A stretch of DNA of 46,930 nucleotides from Kiritimatiellia bacterium. GTDB taxonomy: Bacteria > Verrucomicrobiota > Kiritimatiellia > RFP12 > UBA1067. The translations under genes were made by a program, and so were the position numbers. Below are positions 15,522-23,703 of the stretch, piece after piece (within the stretch, counting starts at the first letter, position 1; each line of letters starts with the position of its first letter). The notes under the pieces are model-generated. The model saw only the letters and a list, made by a program, of their open reading frames with translations, did not search any database and was not told the origin of the DNA. The DNA lies in the NCBI GenBank assembly GCA_017507065.1, contig JAFWBO010000093.1, positions 1 through 46,930 of the forward strand, in the 5' to 3' direction.

Positions 15522-17005
15522 TCTTCCACCACCGCCTTTCTGGGTTCGGAATCCACGATGTCGCGGAGCTCGGACGCGCTTTCCGCGACAGGTCCCGCCG
15601 AAAACTCCGGTATGTTGTAGCTCTTCATCCTGCGCCAGTGGTCGCGCGGTCTTTTCGCAGGAAGAAGAAACGGTTTGGAAAACGTCCCGTTCTCTTTGTC
15701 GAATTTCGCAAAATAAGGCCGCGTGTACGTGCCGTCGTCGCGCCGCGACGAAAACACCATCCATTCGCCCGCGGACGAGAAGGTGTGGTAGCTCTCGGAC
15801 TCGGCGGAATTGAGCTCGGCGAGCGGACGGATGCTCTTCTTCTCGAAATCGAAGATGTAAAGATCGGAATCCCTGTGCCAGATATGGAAAACCCCGTGGG
15901 AAGCGATCGCCGCCACGAGCCACCTGCCGTCGGGCGACACGCGCGGATGTATCACGCTTTTCTTGATCGCCCTTCCATCGAATATCGTCTCAGGAGCGCC
16001 GAACGTGCGCTTTCGCGCATCGAACGGCCTGACGGCCAGATCGTAGAAAATGTTTGTGGCCGAATTGAAAACCCTGTCGCCGCGGACCGCTTCGCTTTCG
16101 GACGTGTCCTTGAACGGCGTTATCGCGCGCACCGTGAAAAGAGCCGTTCCGTCGGGCGACCACGTGGGGAAACATTCGAAGACTTCAGGATCCATCTCCA
16201 CCACTTTTATCTTGTTGTCGGCGAGCGAATACAGTATCAGATCGCTCTGGAGATCCATCACCTCTATCTTTTCCGGATTCACCGCGAAAAAGCTCTGGCG
16301 CGTTTCGTTGAGCGAGAACGCCACGAAATCGCCCGACGGGTGCCATGCGGGGTACACGCCGGCGGAAACAAAGCCGTCGGCCTTGAGATCGACCTTGAAC
16401 TTCCCGTATCTGGGCGAGACGATCGTGGTGCCGCCCTTGTAGGCGCGCGTGTGGAAAAGATAGTTCGACGGGCTGGCCGCGTTGTGCGTGTGGCAGTTCA
16501 CGCACTGCGAAAAATCGGCCTGCACGTTTCTGTAGATCGGCCGCTCCTCGAAGTTCTCGAGACACCTGAGATAAGTCCCCATTTCGGAAAACCCGGTGTA
16601 GCTCGGCGGTATGAGACGGTATGTCAGATGGCTGTCGATCGGCGACTCCGAAACGACGTTCGTGGCCACGAGCGCGGACAAGGCCACTCCGTTCGTCGAT
16701 ATGACAAGGGATATCTCGTATTTCCCTCCCTTGTTTTCGGCGAGGAAACCGCGCCATGCGTCGTCGTTCCACAGTATCTCCGGGCCTTCCGCCGCAAGCC
16801 GGCTGGAGCCTGCCCCCGTCATGACGGCCTCGACCTTCGCGCCGGGAGGACATCCACCGACCTCGAAATTCAAAGGTGCGATATTCGGCGGCACGGTTAC
16901 CGAAAAATAATCGGGCCAGACCGTCATCGCGCCGGACGAGAGCGCGAAAGCGACAGAAACCGCCAGAGCGGAGATCTTCGCCGGAATATGCGTTTCAATC
17001 TTCAC
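15518..17005 (-). CDS. secreted PD40/TolB-like beta-propeller protein with one CxxCH haem-binding motif
   Basis: GTG start at 17005. Signal peptide KISALAVSVAFALSSGA. Single CVNCH motif. Repeated propeller-like segments: WHPSGDFVAFS, WSPDGTALF, VSPDGRWLV, FSSAGEWMVFSS. Confidence 0.55.
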   Translation of the reverse strand: MKIETHIPAKISALAVSVAFALSSGAMTVWPDYFSVTVPPNIAPLNFEVGGCPPGAKVEAVMTGAGSSRLAAEGPEILWNDDAWRGFLAENKGGKYEISLVISTNGVALSALVATNVVSESPIDSHLTYRLIPPSYTGFSEMGTYLRCLENFEERPIYRNVQADFSQCVNCHTHNAASPSNYLFHTRAYKGGTTIVSPRYGKFKVDLKADGFVSAGVYPAWHPSGDFVAFSLNETRQSFFAVNPEKIEVMDLQSDLILYSLADNKIKVVEMDPEVFECFPTWSPDGTALFTVRAITPFKDTSESEAVRGDRVFNSATNIFYDLAVRPFDARKRTFGAPETIFDGRAIKKSVIHPRVSPDGRWLVAAIASHGVFHIWHRDSDLYIFDFEKKSIRPLAELNSAESESYHTFSSAGEWMVFSSRRDDGTYTRPYFAKFDKENGTFSKPFLLPAKRPRDHWRRMKSYNIPEFSAGPVAESASELRDIVDSEPRKAVVEE

Positions 17006-17022
17006 TTGGAGACATTGTGCGT

Positions 17023-17051
17023 ATTATAATCTATACGACCGCGCTTTTCAA
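17023..17051 (-). promoter_or_regulatory. sigma70 promoter (TTGAAA-17-TATAAT) upstream of the PD40/CxxCH gene
   Basis: Minus strand: TTGAAA (17051-17046), 17-nt spacer, TATAAT (17028-17023), 17 nt before the GTG at 17005. The -35 overlaps the azlC stop. Confidence 0.55.
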
Positions 17052-17671
17052 GAGCGGCGTCGTAGCGAAGACGATGCAAAGCTGCGTATCTGATCGATGA
17101 AAACCACTATGAAAAGAGCCGCCATCGCAAAGTCGATGCCGTCGGAACGGAACGGCAGCGTCTTGCCGGCGACGGCGCCCGCGGTGGAACCGGCCACCCA
17201 GTAGCACAGGCACATGACGCCGTTCGCCGTGCAATAGAAAAGATTGGTCTCCGGCCGTTTTATGCGGCATGACACGTTGAGGGCGAATATCTCGTCGCTC
17301 AGCGTGTGGACGAGAAAAAGCTTGCGCGCCAATCCGACCCCGCGCCATCTTTCGATCATCGGAATGCCGTAGAAAGCGTAGCGGAAATTCACCGCGAGCG
17401 CGAGAAGCGCTATCTCCCCGACCGGCGCTCCTGCCGCCAGCGGCGGCACTATCGCGAAACTGAGCGTTCCCGAAAGACACGATGCCGCCAGGACGGCCGA
17501 GTAGAGCGGCACGAGAGGAAGATCCACTTTCGCCGCGAAAAGCACGCCGGCCGCGAGCCCCATCGTGACATACCCCATCATCACGGGGAGGGTGTCCACG
17601 AAAGAGCGCTTCAGCGCCGATCGCCGTTCACGGTCTGCGGGAAAGAAGAATCTTCTCGACACGCTTGGCAT
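17048..17671 (-). CDS. azlC: AzlC-family branched-chain amino acid exporter subunit
   Basis: 207-aa polytopic membrane protein. The pattern LPVMMGYVTMGLAAGVL...FRYAFYG...FLVHTLSDEIFAL is typical of AzlC. No azlD-like ORF follows. The start is uncertain: it overlaps kdsB by 44 nt. Confidence 0.6.
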   Translation of the reverse strand: MPSVSRRFFFPADRERRSALKRSFVDTLPVMMGYVTMGLAAGVLFAAKVDLPLVPLYSAVLAASCLSGTLSFAIVPPLAAGAPVGEIALLALAVNFRYAFYGIPMIERWRGVGLARKLFLVHTLSDEIFALNVSCRIKRPETNLFYCTANGVMCLCYWVAGSTAGAVAGKTLPFRSDGIDFAMAALFIVVFIDQIRSFASSSLRRRS

Positions 17672-18374
17672 CCTCCGGAGTATCGACGCCTACGCCTTCG
17701 TCCCGGGTTTTGACCACGGCTATTCTCGCGCCCATCCAGAGAGCCCTGAGCTGCTCGAGCTTTTCGGCCTTTTCGATGTCGCACGGCTTTTCCGCCACGA
17801 ACTTTCTGAGAAACGCTCCTCTGTAGGCGTAAATGCCGAGATGGCGCACGTAAAGGCCGCCGTCCGGCGGAACGTCGCCGTCGCGGTCGGCCGGAATCGG
17901 CGCGCGGGAAAAGTAAAGCGCCCGTCCGAAACGGTCGAGCACCGCCTTGACGACGCTCTTCGCCTCTATGTCCCGACGATCGCGGATTTCCGTGACGGCC
18001 GTGGCCATGTCGCATGTGCCGTCGTTTTTCAGCCGCTCGACGAGAGCGTCTATGAGCGCCGGATCCATCAGCGGCTCGTCGCCCTGTATGTTCACGAGAA
18101 TGTCTTCATCGGCGAAATCGCCGGCCGCGACGGCGATCCTGTCCGTTCCGCTTGGCAGATCCGACGGCGTCATCACGGCTTTCGCGCCGAAACTTTCCAC
18201 GGCCGTCCTGATGCGCTCGTCGTCGGTGGCGACGACAACTTCGTCGAGCGTCGCAGCCTTGCGGGCCGCCTCAACGGTCCATGCCACGAGCGGCCTGCCC
18301 GCGATCGGCGCGAGGGGCTTGCCGGGAAACCGGCTCGAACCGAATCTGCTCGGTATTATTCCGTAGACTTTCAT
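17628..18374 (-). CDS. kdsB: 3-deoxy-manno-octulosonate cytidylyltransferase (CMP-Kdo synthetase)
   Basis: MKVYGIIPSRFGSSRFPGKPLAPIAGRPLV...NIQGDEPL...GVDTPEDAKRVE, the canonical KdsB pattern. Confidence 0.88.
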   Translation of the reverse strand: MKVYGIIPSRFGSSRFPGKPLAPIAGRPLVAWTVEAARKAATLDEVVVATDDERIRTAVESFGAKAVMTPSDLPSGTDRIAVAAGDFADEDILVNIQGDEPLMDPALIDALVERLKNDGTCDMATAVTEIRDRRDIEAKSVVKAVLDRFGRALYFSRAPIPADRDGDVPPDGGLYVRHLGIYAYRGAFLRKFVAEKPCDIEKAEKLEQLRALWMGARIAVVKTRDEGVGVDTPEDAKRVEKILLSRRP

Positions 18375-18375
18375 C

Positions 18376-20445
18376 TCATTCTATCTCCAACTTTCTGAAA
18401 AATATTCTCTCAAGCGCCTGAAGACGCCGCTCCTGGCGCTCGAGCGACCACAGCACGAAGCGCCACTTCTTGCCGAACATGAACCCGCGCGGCAGGCCGG
18501 GGTCGAAATTTTCGAAATTCTCGCGAAGAACCGAAAGCCGCCACTCGAGAGCGTGCGTCCTGAATTCGAACCCTCCCATGAAGCGCTCGGCCGCCTCCCT
18601 GAGCGTCACGGACGGATGCTTCGCCGCATACGTCTTGAGAGCGGAAGCGTACGCCGAAAAATAAAAGTCGGCTATCGCGGCGAGATTTTCGTCGGTGAAA
18701 TCGAGCGACGGCCAGCCGAAGCTCCCGCGGACGGAACAGCACGCGACGGATTTCGGCACCACCCTCTGGGCTATGATATCGTATTCGAACTCGTATATTT
18801 CTTTGCCTACGCCGAAAAGAGCCGACTTTGCCTCCGGATCGTATTTTTTCATGGCGAGATTCTGCGCAGCGGCATCCCCCATCAAAGTGGCCAGCGCGAG
18901 AACCACCTCTTTCTCTTCGACCGTCGAATCGTCGGTGCTGCAGAAATATTTCGCCGGGATCGTATCGCAGCTTTCGCCCTCGAGGCGCTTCCTTATGAAA
19001 TAGTCCACCGTGCGGCGCGCGCGCTGGAGCCTCCTTCTGAGAACGCGATAGTCGCTGAGCGCGATGCCGAGAGCTTTGAACGCCTCTATGCGGGCGAGCA
19101 TGTAGCTCGAATAACCCTTCTTCGCCGTCGAGAATCTTTTTTCTATCTGGCTCTGCTCCACGGGGCTGCGGTTCGTCTTGTACACTATTTCGCGCGTCTT
19201 TCCGGCGCCGGGAGCCGTGTCCTTCTGCGCATCGTCGCCCCTGAGCTCGTAGACGTTGGCGTATTCGACGAGCTCGTCCTTGCTCATCAGGGCGCGGAGG
19301 TTGGAAAGAAGCACCTCGCTCCTTTCGTCCGCGCCGGGATGGAAGACCGGCCTGCCGCCGACGAACGTCGCGCCGGGAAGAGCCGTGCGGCGATCGTCGA
19401 ACGCCGGCGTCGTGCCTTCGCCCATCACCGAATAGACCTCGCCCGTTATATGCATGTAGAGGCTTCTGATGAATTCCGGCGAATTCTCGTTCGCCATGGC
19501 GGGAGAAGTGAGAAGCGATTCGTATATCGAAAGTATCTCGCCCGCCTTCTGGATCACGCCGAGCTGGCCTATCTTGCCGAGCGCGATGGACTCCATGAGC
19601 CCTTCGAGCTCGGGAATGAGTTTCTCGAGCGCCATCCCCCTGCCGCCGCCGAAAAACTCTATCTCGTGATGGCCGCGGTACTTCAGCATGCGCGTGAAAG
19701 AATGCCCGTTGCCGTCGTAGACGCCGACAAGCTCCTTGAGCGCTTTCTCGAACGCGAGCGAATCGCTTCCGGAAAGCATCGCGAACCTGCGGAACTCGGC
19801 GAACGAAATGAAATGCACGCCTCTGGCCGAATGGTAGTACGATATCGTCGAGGATATGCGTTTCTTGGACGCGGCGAGCGCCGTGCGCATCTCGTTCTCC
19901 GTCCATGCCAGCGGCTTCACTCTCCATTCAAGCCCGTGCCGGCGGTAGTATTCAAGCGCCGTGTCGGTGCGCTCCGCGATGACGACGCCGTCGAGCGGAA
20001 GCCCCATCACGCCAACGAGCCACTCGTCGACGGAACGCAGAGTCTTGAAAGGAACGTCGCGCTGCGAAAGCTCTATCTTGCCGCCAGACGCGTTTGCGCA
20101 CACTATCCTGTGCATGAGGACATCCGATCGCCTGGCGGGGTTCAGATGCGAAATCTTCCAGAACCTCCCGTCGAGAAGAGGAAACGCCGCGACGGAATGG
20201 TTGCCTGTAGAAAGCGTGACGACGCGCCCTTTCGCGCCGCGCCTCAAATCGGCTTTGTCCGCCACGAGAATGCTGGGGCGTATGGTCGCATCTGCGGCCA
20301 CGCCTTTCTCGGCGATCACGGTGTCTTCGCCGACATCCCACGCCGCGAATTCGCGCTCGACGCCCATGGCCACGGTGCGGACGCGTTCCCTGCGGAGCAC
20401 GCCTGTCTTTCTCACCCTCGCCATCAGCGTGCGCAAAGCGTTCAT
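18376..20445 (-). CDS. large hypothetical protein (689 aa), no recognisable motif
   Basis: Long ORF on the same strand as its neighbours with similar codon usage. Its ATG at 20445 forms an ATGA overlap with the upstream stop, and its own stop lies 1 nt before the kdsB ATG. No signal peptide, TM segment or catalytic signature was recognised by eye. Confidence 0.6.
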   Translation of the reverse strand: MNALRTLMARVRKTGVLRRERVRTVAMGVEREFAAWDVGEDTVIAEKGVAADATIRPSILVADKADLRRGAKGRVVTLSTGNHSVAAFPLLDGRFWKISHLNPARRSDVLMHRIVCANASGGKIELSQRDVPFKTLRSVDEWLVGVMGLPLDGVVIAERTDTALEYYRRHGLEWRVKPLAWTENEMRTALAASKKRISSTISYYHSARGVHFISFAEFRRFAMLSGSDSLAFEKALKELVGVYDGNGHSFTRMLKYRGHHEIEFFGGGRGMALEKLIPELEGLMESIALGKIGQLGVIQKAGEILSIYESLLTSPAMANENSPEFIRSLYMHITGEVYSVMGEGTTPAFDDRRTALPGATFVGGRPVFHPGADERSEVLLSNLRALMSKDELVEYANVYELRGDDAQKDTAPGAGKTREIVYKTNRSPVEQSQIEKRFSTAKKGYSSYMLARIEAFKALGIALSDYRVLRRRLQRARRTVDYFIRKRLEGESCDTIPAKYFCSTDDSTVEEKEVVLALATLMGDAAAQNLAMKKYDPEAKSALFGVGKEIYEFEYDIIAQRVVPKSVACCSVRGSFGWPSLDFTDENLAAIADFYFSAYASALKTYAAKHPSVTLREAAERFMGGFEFRTHALEWRLSVLRENFENFDPGLPRGFMFGKKWRFVLWSLERQERRLQALERIFFRKLEIE

Positions 20446-22061
20446 TCGTGGTTCTCCGCCGCTATGAGATCCTCCGCCAGAGCGCCGACGGCTTCAAGCC
20501 CCGCTTCGTCGGCCGCCTCGAGCAGATTGGAAAGCGCGGGGGCGACGAATTTCGAGAACTCGCGTCTGCCGGCCGCCGCAAGCCGCCCGTATGCGCCGAG
20601 CGCCTGCACGAGGCGCTCGACCGCCGCGAACGGCAGAGCCTTGAGAATCTCGCGCCGGCCCGAACGCGCCGCATAAAGCTCGGCAAGGGCATGCCGCTCG
20701 CTTTCTTTCAGCTCCACGTACGGATCGTACAAAAGGCTTGCCAGATCGTAGACTGCCGGGCCGATGCGCATACCCTGAAAATCGATTATCCTGAAATCCC
20801 CGCCGCGCCACACGACATTCGTCGACTGGAAATCGCGATGTACGAGCGCCGGGGGCTCGGCGTCGAGAACGGCGGCTGCGCGGACAAGTTCGTCCTCCAC
20901 GGTGCGAGGCATGCTTCTCGCATAGCGGCCGCCGAGGCAGTGTTCCGCGAAGAGGCCGCGTTCCCACTTCCACAGATCGGGGCCGAACGGCTCTTCCATC
21001 TCCGGAGCGGAAACGGGATCTACGGAATTGAATCTGACAAGCTCTTCGACCACAGGCGAATACGCCGCTATCGTTCCGAGACGCCGCGCCGCGGCGGAGA
21101 GATCCTCTTCGCCGGCATTCTCGAGAACGACGCATTTCATATCGGGGGCGTCGGCGACGACCGCCGGCACCTTTATGCCCTTTGAAGCGAGGAACCGGGC
21201 ATGGGAGGCATAGCGGGCGTTTTCGCCGCGCTTTGAATCGTCGTACACGACGGCTATGCCGTCGTCCGCCCTGAAAAAGCACCTGTCGCTGCCCCGGGCG
21301 CCGAGAAACTCGACGTCGCGCTCGGATCCGAACACGGCGACGAGCTGCGGAAGGGCGCCGAGCGCGCACTCCCCTCCCGCAGTGTTCAGATCTACATAGC
21401 TTTCTACCGTTCCGGCATCCGCCCAGCGCATGTCCGGCGGCTCTACCGCGCGGACAAACATCGACGACTCCGCGGCCTTTTCGTAGGCGTCCACTATCGA
21501 TGAAAAACCTTCTTTCGGCACATAGTCGAGAATGCGGGGCGAGAGGAGAGCGATGCCGGAATAGGTGTATGTGCCGCGCGCGCCCGGAGACGGACTTTTC
21601 CAGCACGTCACGAGCGAAGACGAACTTTCGGTTTCGATCGTTCTCGGTCCCTCCTCGGTCACGAGCGCGGCTGCGACGGTTCCAGTCCCGGCGAGACGCG
21701 GCTCGAGAGCGTCGGCCGGGAAAGGATTGCGGTCTATGCCCTCGACGACGATATCGCCGTTCACGAGAAAGAAAGGCTCGTCGCCAAGCCAATCCCTCAG
21801 CGGGTTCAACGCCCCGCCGCTGCCGAGAATCTCGTTTTCCACGCTCGCGCGGCAGCCGTTCGCCTCCGCCCAGCGGACGACTTCTCCGGCAAGGTGGTGG
21901 GCATTGACGGCGATCTCGCCCACCCCCCAGCCGCGAAGCATCGAGACTATGCGCGAAAGCATCGGCTCCCCCCACACGGGAAGAAGCGGCTTGGGGACGG
22001 TTGCGGTGAAAGGCCTCAACCTCGTGCCGAAACCGGCGGCGAGAACGACTGCTTTTTTCAT
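20442..22061 (-). CDS. bifunctional sugar-1-phosphate nucleotidyltransferase / APH-fold sugar kinase (MurU-like N-terminus, AmgK-like C-terminus)
   Basis: N-terminus MKKAVVLAAGFGTRLRPFTATVPKPLLPV carries the NTP-transferase G-loop. The C-terminal half has LVHRDFQSTNVVW and IIDFQG (kinase catalytic and Mg loops). The ATG at 22061 forms an ATGA overlap with the upstream stop. Confidence 0.7.
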   Translation of the reverse strand: MKKAVVLAAGFGTRLRPFTATVPKPLLPVWGEPMLSRIVSMLRGWGVGEIAVNAHHLAGEVVRWAEANGCRASVENEILGSGGALNPLRDWLGDEPFFLVNGDIVVEGIDRNPFPADALEPRLAGTGTVAAALVTEEGPRTIETESSSSLVTCWKSPSPGARGTYTYSGIALLSPRILDYVPKEGFSSIVDAYEKAAESSMFVRAVEPPDMRWADAGTVESYVDLNTAGGECALGALPQLVAVFGSERDVEFLGARGSDRCFFRADDGIAVVYDDSKRGENARYASHARFLASKGIKVPAVVADAPDMKCVVLENAGEEDLSAAARRLGTIAAYSPVVEELVRFNSVDPVSAPEMEEPFGPDLWKWERGLFAEHCLGGRYARSMPRTVEDELVRAAAVLDAEPPALVHRDFQSTNVVWRGGDFRIIDFQGMRIGPAVYDLASLLYDPYVELKESERHALAELYAARSGRREILKALPFAAVERLVQALGAYGRLAAAGRREFSKFVAPALSNLLEAADEAGLEAVGALAEDLIAAENHE

Positions 22062-22867
22062 CTGTACACCTGCCGCGGGCGCTGCATCCTGATTTTCGGC
22101 TCCTCGAGCATGAGCGAATACCATCTCTCCCCGAGGGCGGAATTGCTGAAATGGCTCACACGGTTGTTCATCAGATGCTCGCGGTTCGTCTTGAGCACGG
22201 CATCGTCGCTCTTCCGCAGAGCCGCCGTGAGAGCCTTGAACGCCTCGTCGGCCATGCCGCGCTTTACAAGTATCCACGACCAGCACGCGTCGGCGAGCAC
22301 GTTGCCGTTGTACTTCGCCCTCTTCGCGCTCTTCTCGTACACCTTGCGCATCGCCTCGACGCTCTCGCCTTTCATCTGCATCCTCGCGAGTTTCATGGCC
22401 GCCATGTCCGGACCGATCATGATGGCTCTCGCCATGAGTTCGTCGACCTTGTCGAAATCCTTCAATATCCAGCGCAGCTGCAGCTGGGCGGTGGCAAGCT
22501 GGCGCTCGAGAAACGGCATCCAGTTCTTCCAGCGGCGCATTTTTTCCGTGGCCCTGATCGCATCGAGCGTAAAGACGCGCTGGTCGCGCTCTATCTCGTT
22601 TTTGGCCTCCTTGACGCTACCCGGAGGGCGGAACTGCCAGCGGCGCGTCTTCGCCTCGATTTTCTCGCGCCCGGCGAGCATTATGCGCTGCACCTCGTCC
22701 ATCACCTCTTTCACCTTTTTCCTGATGAACACCCCGGCGGCTAACTGCACCGAAGCGAAGAGCGCAAAAGCGCCGAAAACGCTCCATCCCGCGGAAAGAC
22801 CGAGGACCATGTAAAACACGGCAAATGTCGCGCCTGCCGCCGCGCATGCTATCGCTAATGTTATCAT
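22058..22867 (-). CDS. membrane-anchored hypothetical protein (two N-terminal TM helices, helical TPR-like C-terminus)
   Basis: MITLAIACAAAGATFAVFYMVLGLSAGWSVFGAFALFASVQLAAGVFI followed by a charged helical domain. The ATG lies 7 nt after a TATAAT box. Confidence 0.55.
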   Translation of the reverse strand: MITLAIACAAAGATFAVFYMVLGLSAGWSVFGAFALFASVQLAAGVFIRKKVKEVMDEVQRIMLAGREKIEAKTRRWQFRPPGSVKEAKNEIERDQRVFTLDAIRATEKMRRWKNWMPFLERQLATAQLQLRWILKDFDKVDELMARAIMIGPDMAAMKLARMQMKGESVEAMRKVYEKSAKRAKYNGNVLADACWSWILVKRGMADEAFKALTAALRKSDDAVLKTNREHLMNNRVSHFSNSALGERWYSLMLEEPKIRMQRPRQVYR

Positions 22868-22874
22868 AAACTGA

Positions 22875-22902
22875 ATTATACCACGATTGAAGACGAATTC
22901 AA
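22875..22902 (-). promoter_or_regulatory. sigma70 promoter with extended -10 giving a leaderless transcript
   Basis: The minus strand reads TTGAAT-16-(TGG)TATAAT, then 7 nt (tcagttt) to the ATG at 22867. Confidence 0.6.
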
Positions 22903-22906
22903 AGCG

Positions 22907-23365
22907 TTATTTACGCACATACCTCGCATTCTCGCGCTCGATATCTTTCACCTTCAGGCTCTCGCGCCTGTCGGCGGCGTTCTTTCCGCGGCAGATTCCG
23001 ATGCACACCTTCACGCGGCCGTGCTTCAGATACACCTTCAGCGGAACGAGCGTAAGACCTTTCGCTTCCGTCTTGAGACGCAGACTCTCCACCTCCTTCG
23101 AATGGACGAGCAGTTTGCGCATCGCCCTGGGCGAATGGTTGAATCTGTTGCCGTACTCGTAGGCGGCGATGTCGGCCCCCACGAGCCAGAGCTCGCCTTT
23201 GAGAACGGCGGCGTACGCCCCTTTGAGCGATACGTGCGCCGCACGGACGGACTTTACCTCCGTTCCCGAAAGAACTATACCGCACTCGATCGTGTCAAGT
23301 ACGGTATAATCGTGCCGGGCCTTGCGGTTTTCGGCGAAAACAGGATTGAAATCCCGTCCTGTCAC
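22907..23365 (-). CDS. smpB: SsrA-binding protein SmpB
   Basis: FAENRKARHDYTVLDTIECGIVLSGTEVKSVR...LWLVGADIAAYE...HSPRAMRKLLVHSKEV...GLTLVPLKVYLKHGRVKVCIGICRGK. GTG start at 23365 was chosen; it lies 2 nt after the rpoZ stop. Confidence 0.88.
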   Translation of the reverse strand: MTGRDFNPVFAENRKARHDYTVLDTIECGIVLSGTEVKSVRAAHVSLKGAYAAVLKGELWLVGADIAAYEYGNRFNHSPRAMRKLLVHSKEVESLRLKTEAKGLTLVPLKVYLKHGRVKVCIGICRGKNAADRRESLKVKDIERENARYVRK

Positions 23366-23367
23366 GT

Positions 23368-23646
23368 TCAGTCTGCCATGAGCGAATACACATTCACGCT
23401 CTTGGCGTTCCACATGGTCTTGGCTTTTTCGGCCTTGTCGATCGCATCGAAATCGATTTCGGCGATGAGTTTGCCTTCGGCGACCTCGCGCAATGCTATG
23501 TCGCACTTGTCTTCGTCGAGAGACTGGGGCCTTATCAACGGCTTTGCTCCGTTGATGAGCTCGCGCTCCCTCTTTGAAATAAGATTGACGAGCACGGGCG
23601 TCGAAGGAATTTTCTCGTGTGCAAGTTTGAGCAATTCGCTGTTCAT
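23368..23646 (-). CDS. rpoZ: DNA-directed RNA polymerase omega subunit (divergent)
   Basis: 92 aa. EKIPSTPVLVNLISKRERELINGAKPL fits the RpoZ core pattern (xxRYxLVxxxxKRARQL). GGAG lies 12 nt upstream of the ATG. Confidence 0.55.
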   Translation of the reverse strand: MNSELLKLAHEKIPSTPVLVNLISKRERELINGAKPLIRPQSLDEDKCDIALREVAEGKLIAEIDFDAIDKAEKAKTMWNAKSVNVYSLMAD

Positions 23647-23674
23647 TTAGACTTTTTCTCCGTTTAAAATGCGT

Positions 23675-23703
23675 ATTATACTATACTTTCCTGTATTTTT
23701 CCA
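23675..23703 (-). promoter_or_regulatory. candidate promoter for rpoZ-smpB (TGGAAA-17-TATAAT)
   Basis: Minus-strand TATAAT at 23680-23675, with a weak -35 inside the 3' end of the ThyX-like gene. A leader of about 22 nt containing GGAG follows. Confidence 0.35.

Noticed and set aside
17006-17016. ATG 7 nt after the TATAAT box at 17023-17028, which could mark a leaderless gene
   Set aside because: It is out of frame with the PD40/CxxCH gene and hits a stop after 6 codons (ATG TCT CCA AGT GAA GAT TGA). It was treated as part of a short 5' leader, although a tiny upstream ORF cannot be excluded.
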